Shown piece by piece: positions 58,827-64,000 of a DNA stretch of 64,000 bases (its first letter is position 1; every line of letters begins with the position of its first letter). Below the pieces are notes generated by a model. It made no database searches and had not been told where the DNA came from. It worked only from the letters and a program-made list of their open reading frames with translations. Where the stretch lies: the NCBI RefSeq assembly GCF_009914755.1, contig NC_060928.1. The stretch is one strand, 5' to 3'. The DNA is from the human T2T-CHM13v2.0 reference genome, Homo sapiens. Made by a program: the position numbers and the translations under genes.

Positions 58827-59352
58827 CTGTTGGGAAAATGTGTTGACAAAGACAGAGTTATCTATTTTGTGTGCCAAAGTACAGTAATACATTTGTGAAA
58901 TAATCAACTTTTTGAATATGTTTGGCTAGTCTGATATCTTAAAAGGATTTGACAAGATACTGAGAACATATTACCCTATCTTCAATACAGTATAGTTGTA
59001 GAGATTTTTTAAAAATTATTTTTAGAATCCTATTTTAAAAATCTATGGCTGAAGAAAAAGAAATGTCAAAATTTTAATTCACCTGATTGAAAAAAGTAAT
59101 GCAGTAAAGTCATATATGCTAGAGGCTTGTCAGTATAATTGTGAACTGAGAAATTTTGCTATTGATAAAAGCACTATTCTAGAGAGTACTTCATTAGAGA
59201 AAACTGAAATACCCAATTGCATATTTTTTCTCTTTTAGTCTGCAGCTCATTTGTTGCATTAAAACTAACTTTGTGTTTGTGCGTGTGTGTGTGTGCGTGT
59301 GTGTGTGTGCCATAACTAAAGATATTAGTCGACATAGAATTAATCTAATTTC

Positions 59353-60776
59353 CTTTTTTTTGGCATTCCAATTTTTTTGTGAACTTAATCAGAAAAACAA
59401 ATGAGTTTTTAAAATTTATTGATTGATTGATTGATTATACTTAAGTTCTGGGATACATGTGCAGAATGTGCACATTTGTTACATAGGTATACATGTGCCA
59501 TCGTGGTTTGCTGCACCCATCAACTCGTCATCTACATTAGGTATTTCTCCAAATGCTATCCCTCCCCTTGCCCCCCACCCCCTGACAGGCCCTGGTGTGT
59601 GATGTTCCCCTCCCTGTGCCCATATGTTCTCATTGTTCAACTCCCACTTATGAGTGAGAATATGTGGTGTTTGGTTTTCTGTTCCTGGGTTAGTTTGCTG
59701 AGAATGATGGTTTCCAGCTTCATCCATGTCCCTACAAAGGACATGAACTCATTCTTTTTTATGGCTGCATAGTATTCCGTGGTGTATATGTACCACATTT
59801 TCTTTATCCAGTCTATCATTGATGGGCATTTGGGTTGGTTCCAAGTCTTTGCTATTGTGAATAGTGCTGCAATAAACACACATGTGCATGTATCTTTATA
59901 GTAGACTGGTACCAAAACAAATATATAGACCAATGGAACAGAACAGAGGCCTCAGAAATAACACCACACACCTACAACCATCTGATCTTTGACAAACCTG
60001 ACAAAAACAAGCAACGTGGAAAGGATTTCCTATTTAATAAATGGTGTTGGGAAAACTGGCTAGCCATATGCAGAAAACTGAAACTGGACCCCTTCCTTAA
60101 ACCTTATACAAAAATTAACTCAAAACGGATTAAAGATTTAAATGTAAAACCTAAAACCATAAAAACCCTAGAAGAAAACCTAGGCAATACCATTCAGGAC
60201 ATAGGTATAGGCAAAGACTTCATGACTAAAACACCAAAAGCAGTGGCAACAAGAGCCAAAATTGACAAACAGAATCTAATTAAACTCAAGAGCTTCTGAA
60301 TAGCAAAAAAACTACCATCAGAGTGAACAGGCAACCTACAGAAAGGGAGAAAATTTTTGCAATCTATCCATCTGACAAAGGGCTAATATCCAGAATCTAC
60401 AAAGAACTTAAATTTACAAGAAAAAAAACCAATCCCATTGAAAAGTGGGCAAAGGATATGAACAGACATTTTTCAAAAGAACACATTTATGCAGCCAACA
60501 AACATATGAAAAAAAGCTCATCATCACTGGTCTTTAGAGAAATGCAAATCAAAACCACAATGAGATACCATCTCATGCCAGTTAGAATGGCGATCATTAA
60601 AAAGTCAGGAAACAACAGATGCTGAAAAGGATGTGGAGAAATAGGAACACTTTTACACTGTTTGTGGGAGTGTAAACTAGTTCAACCATTGTGGAAGACA
60701 GTGTGGCAATTCCTCAAGGATCTAGAACTAGCAATACCATTTGACCCAGCAATCCTATTACTGGGTATATACTGAA
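59353..60776 (-). mobile_element. 5'-truncated L1PA (approx. L1PA6/7) with 5' inversion; TSD agaattaatctaatttc
   Basis: 3'UTR/ORF2 end on minus at ~59437-59904; inverted ORF2 piece on plus at 59905-60776 ([27 protein letters not shown]); TSD at 59336-59352 and 60777-60793. Confidence 0.93.
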
Positions 60777-63700
60777 AGAATTAATCTAATTTCTTAAAGT
60801 GTTAGAGAACTGTAACAAAATATACCGTGTCTAAGTCTGAATCTCTAAAACATAATTCCTGATCCATGAATCATATTTTTGAATTAACATTTTTCTGGTC
60901 TAGGTTCTGTGCTGAAAGTTCTATGGGGTTGATAACCACTTTATGAAATCACAGAGGGGAGAACATTTCCTTTAGGGACTCTGGTCATAGAGAAACATTA
61001 TTCAATTACATTCAAACTTGTAGGTATCAGTTGAACACCATCCTTCTGTTTTCCACTGTTCCACTCCAATTTCTGATTTGAGCTGTTGTTACTGTTTTTT
61101 TTTTTTTTTTTTTTTTAAATTGTTGTAAAAGGTAAAATGTCCACAAACTGGGGGCAAGGTTATAAGAAAAAAATAAGGTCCCAGAATTTTACACCACCAG
61201 ATCTGTGTAACATAATTCCATTCAGTTTATGCTTCAGGAATTCACCTAGAACAAGAATTGGATTTGTAGTTATGGTAAAGCTACTTTTTTTTTTGTTGTT
61301 CCTACAGTGTAGAGAAGTCATTTAAACAAGGCTATCAGAAAATTAAGGAGTAGAAATAATTTCTTTATCATTGTCTTCCAATTACATGTTACTTTTTAAC
61401 TAGAAAACAGGATCATAAAGCCCTAAAAAGGAAAGGGATTTTCAAATTTGAGCTCTCTGAGGTTTTCCAACATGTGTCATATACTAATTCATTTTTCACC
61501 TGAACATAATGCTAGTTTGTATTTTTTTAAATTTAAAGATAACATGTTTAATAATGAGCTGCAAAATAAAAGAATATTATTAATAGTAACTGACCTAACA
61601 GATGGAGTTTAAATGATTTTGTTAAATAACTATGTTTGTGAAACTTTAAAATTGTATAATGTTCCATCCAGCTAATAGGTTTCAATGACAACAAACTGAG
61701 CTAACTTCACAAATACATAGTCTTGACCACCAACTGGAAGCACCAGTATGCAGACACACAGAGAAGTCCTAACGATGTGGCTCACTGTGCATTTCTTATA
61801 TGTGGCAAATCCAAGTTAAAGCTATATAAACTCAACAGGATTCTCTTTTGAACTCAAATAATGATTTGAAAGTCAGAATTTTTGGTGGTGATGGAGAAAG
61901 ACATGGCATTCTCTAGTGAGACGCGATGTGAAATGGGAGGCATGAACTACAGAAACTGCAAATTGGGTAAAGCCCAGCAGCCTGCTTTGTGATTTATTCC
62001 CTGAAATGTTTATCTGAATCTCTTTAGAATTAAAGGTTACTTTCTTTCATTTCTCATAATGATGAAAGCTTAAACTCGCCCACGATTCATACTAGAGAAC
62101 AGGTTTAGTTTAGATGGCGATGAGAATTTTTTAAAGAGTCAGTTAGGAAACAGAGGTTTTACTGCTAATTTGTAGAAATTTAGCCACCTTAAATAAAAAT
62201 AAATAGCTTATGGCAATGTTTATGTAAATCACAATCTTCAATAGAGGCAACAGTAAAATTTTATATTTCTAATATGGTATGATTATAACTGTAATATATT
62301 TCTATTTATCTGATTATCCTAGAGTATTTTTGGCAGATTGTTTTAAAAGGGATAACAATGACATACCTGCAAAACTGTAAATATCCATCACTGGTTAGAG
62401 AATTAGAAGAATAAATGTCTACCATCTCTTCTCAATCTAATGTATTAATTTTATGAGGGACTCAATTCACTAGAGCACTATGTTAGGGAAACCAATAGTT
62501 TTGATGTGAAAAGATAACTATAAGCTATTTATAAGCATGGCAAATAGTTGCCTCACAACCAACCCAATAAGAATAATAAACATTTAGGTTGAGACATAAG
62601 CATGAACTAGTTGACTATGATGGATATTGGCTGTTTAGTAGTCATATACAATTAAAGATGAGAAAAAGAAACAGAAGTATATCTTTTCATATTGAAATAT
62701 AGGTGTCACATTTTTTAAAAAGTACAATGCTTTTAGGCATATCAGTAAAAAGTGTTCAGAAGCTCTGAAAAATCACCCTAAGAATAGTATTAGGTTTCGT
62801 GGACTCATAGAAAAAAATTTATTCCAATAACATCCTTATTTTGCAGATAAGATCAATGAAGTATAGATACATTAAGCAATTTTCCCCAAATGACTGAGCT
62901 AATAGAGGGGAGATCAAAATAGAGATTTCCATTTTAGACTAAGGATAGCTTGCCTCATGCCAGGCCCAGTTCATGCAAAGAATGCTTTGAGAACTTGATC
63001 ACAGTGTTGCAGAAAATGCCCAATTATATTGGAACAGTTCTTGGAGGATAAGAAAGTAGATACCTCTTAAAGGTAGCTGGAATTATGGGGCCACTGGAAG
63101 TAGTTCAAGGGCAATTTACAACATTGCTAATAAACTAAGTTTTTAAAAAGTCCCTATATTTTATAAGAACTTTGAAAACAGTAGGCACACCAAAACTTTG
63201 TGTTCCCTGTCTCTGTCTCCCTTTCTTTCCTTACATAGTTATCAACTTGTGGGGAAAAGGGAATAATTTAGAAAACTAGTTCTAGAATTTGACAGTAACC
63301 CAGAGGCCACTACTTACATCGAATCCAATTACACAGAGGAACACTAATTCAAGCTCCTAACTAAAGATACTGTCCAAGCAACATTTCTCCAAGCAGTAAA
63401 CATGCTTCTGTTTGTATTTTACCAGAAGAAAAATAATGAAAAGGCCAAAAAATAGGCTGAGCTGAAAATAGATTTAAAAAAAAAAAACGACTTAGTGCTC
63501 TACTAGTTAAAAATGATAGTTGGAGCAAAGAACCTATACAGGTACAGATCTGTCATAATTAGATTGTGTTAGTAAAATCATAAAGATGGAAAAATAATTC
63601 AAACAGGTACAAAGTAGCAGAGATATATTTAAAACAACTAATTCGGCTTACAAGCAAAGAAATGGCTTGTACATACGAATGAAGTATACTTATTCAACCA

Positions 63701-64000
63701 ATAACCATTTACTTAATATTTACATATCTGGTTAATATAAGCATAAAATGTTTTTCTGTCACCAAGCTTACAATCTCATAAGAGGTAAGACTAAAATCAA
63801 CTATGGAGTTTGATTTTAAATAGTAAACCACTAGAACCCCACCACTAATGTTTAAAAGGATTAAGAGGAAGAACTCATCTGAGTGGCAGCAGTGGATTGT
63901 TGTGTAGAATTTATATGGGAAAGAAAGGAAAGAAGAATGGGATGAACACATGCAAAAAGGAGGAGACTTGTATGGATATGATAACAATGATTATATCAGG

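Noticed and set aside
59431-60625. ORFs resembling reverse transcriptase/ORF2p C-terminus
   Set aside because: Fragments of a truncated, inverted L1 containing stops and frameshifts
58900-64000. Searched for further upstream COL25A1 exons
   Set aside because: No AG/GT-bounded Gly-X-Y or NC3 exon found by eye; the next exon probably lies outside the window

Overview
Primate, almost certainly human, genomic DNA. It is Alu-rich with L1PA, L2, MIR, MLT/MST and MER relics, and shows no prokaryotic features. The minus strand carries the 3' end of COL25A1 (collagen XXV/CLAC-P, a MACIT-family transmembrane collagen), recognised by manually translating 16 small phase-0 AG..GT-bounded exons from 58826 down to 23278 that end in ...GLDAPCQL-GPDGLPMPGCWQK. 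The terminal exon opens with the TGA stop (19809-19811) and carries a ~5.2 kb 3'UTR to about 14610. Positions 1-14.5 kb are repeat-rich downstream intergenic DNA. Almost all ORFs in the supplied track are spurious Alu/L1/intronic frames. Most notable observations: (1) a 113-bp, single-mismatch, apparently non-TE inverted repeat in the last intron, inside a 1.7-kb cluster of four micro-tandem duplications; (2) a pair of paralogous, probably mutually exclusive penultimate exons, one COL13-like and polybasic and one COL23-like with three downstream RBFOX motifs; (3) an intron read-through C-terminus with a hydrophobic, GPI-signal-like tail; (4) a cryptic 68-nt frameshifting exon with fossil Gly-X-Y character; (5) an L1PA insertion with both a twin-priming inversion and an apparent 3' transduction. 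No database was consulted. Gene, paralog and repeat-subfamily calls come from recalled sequences, and repeat boundaries are approximate.
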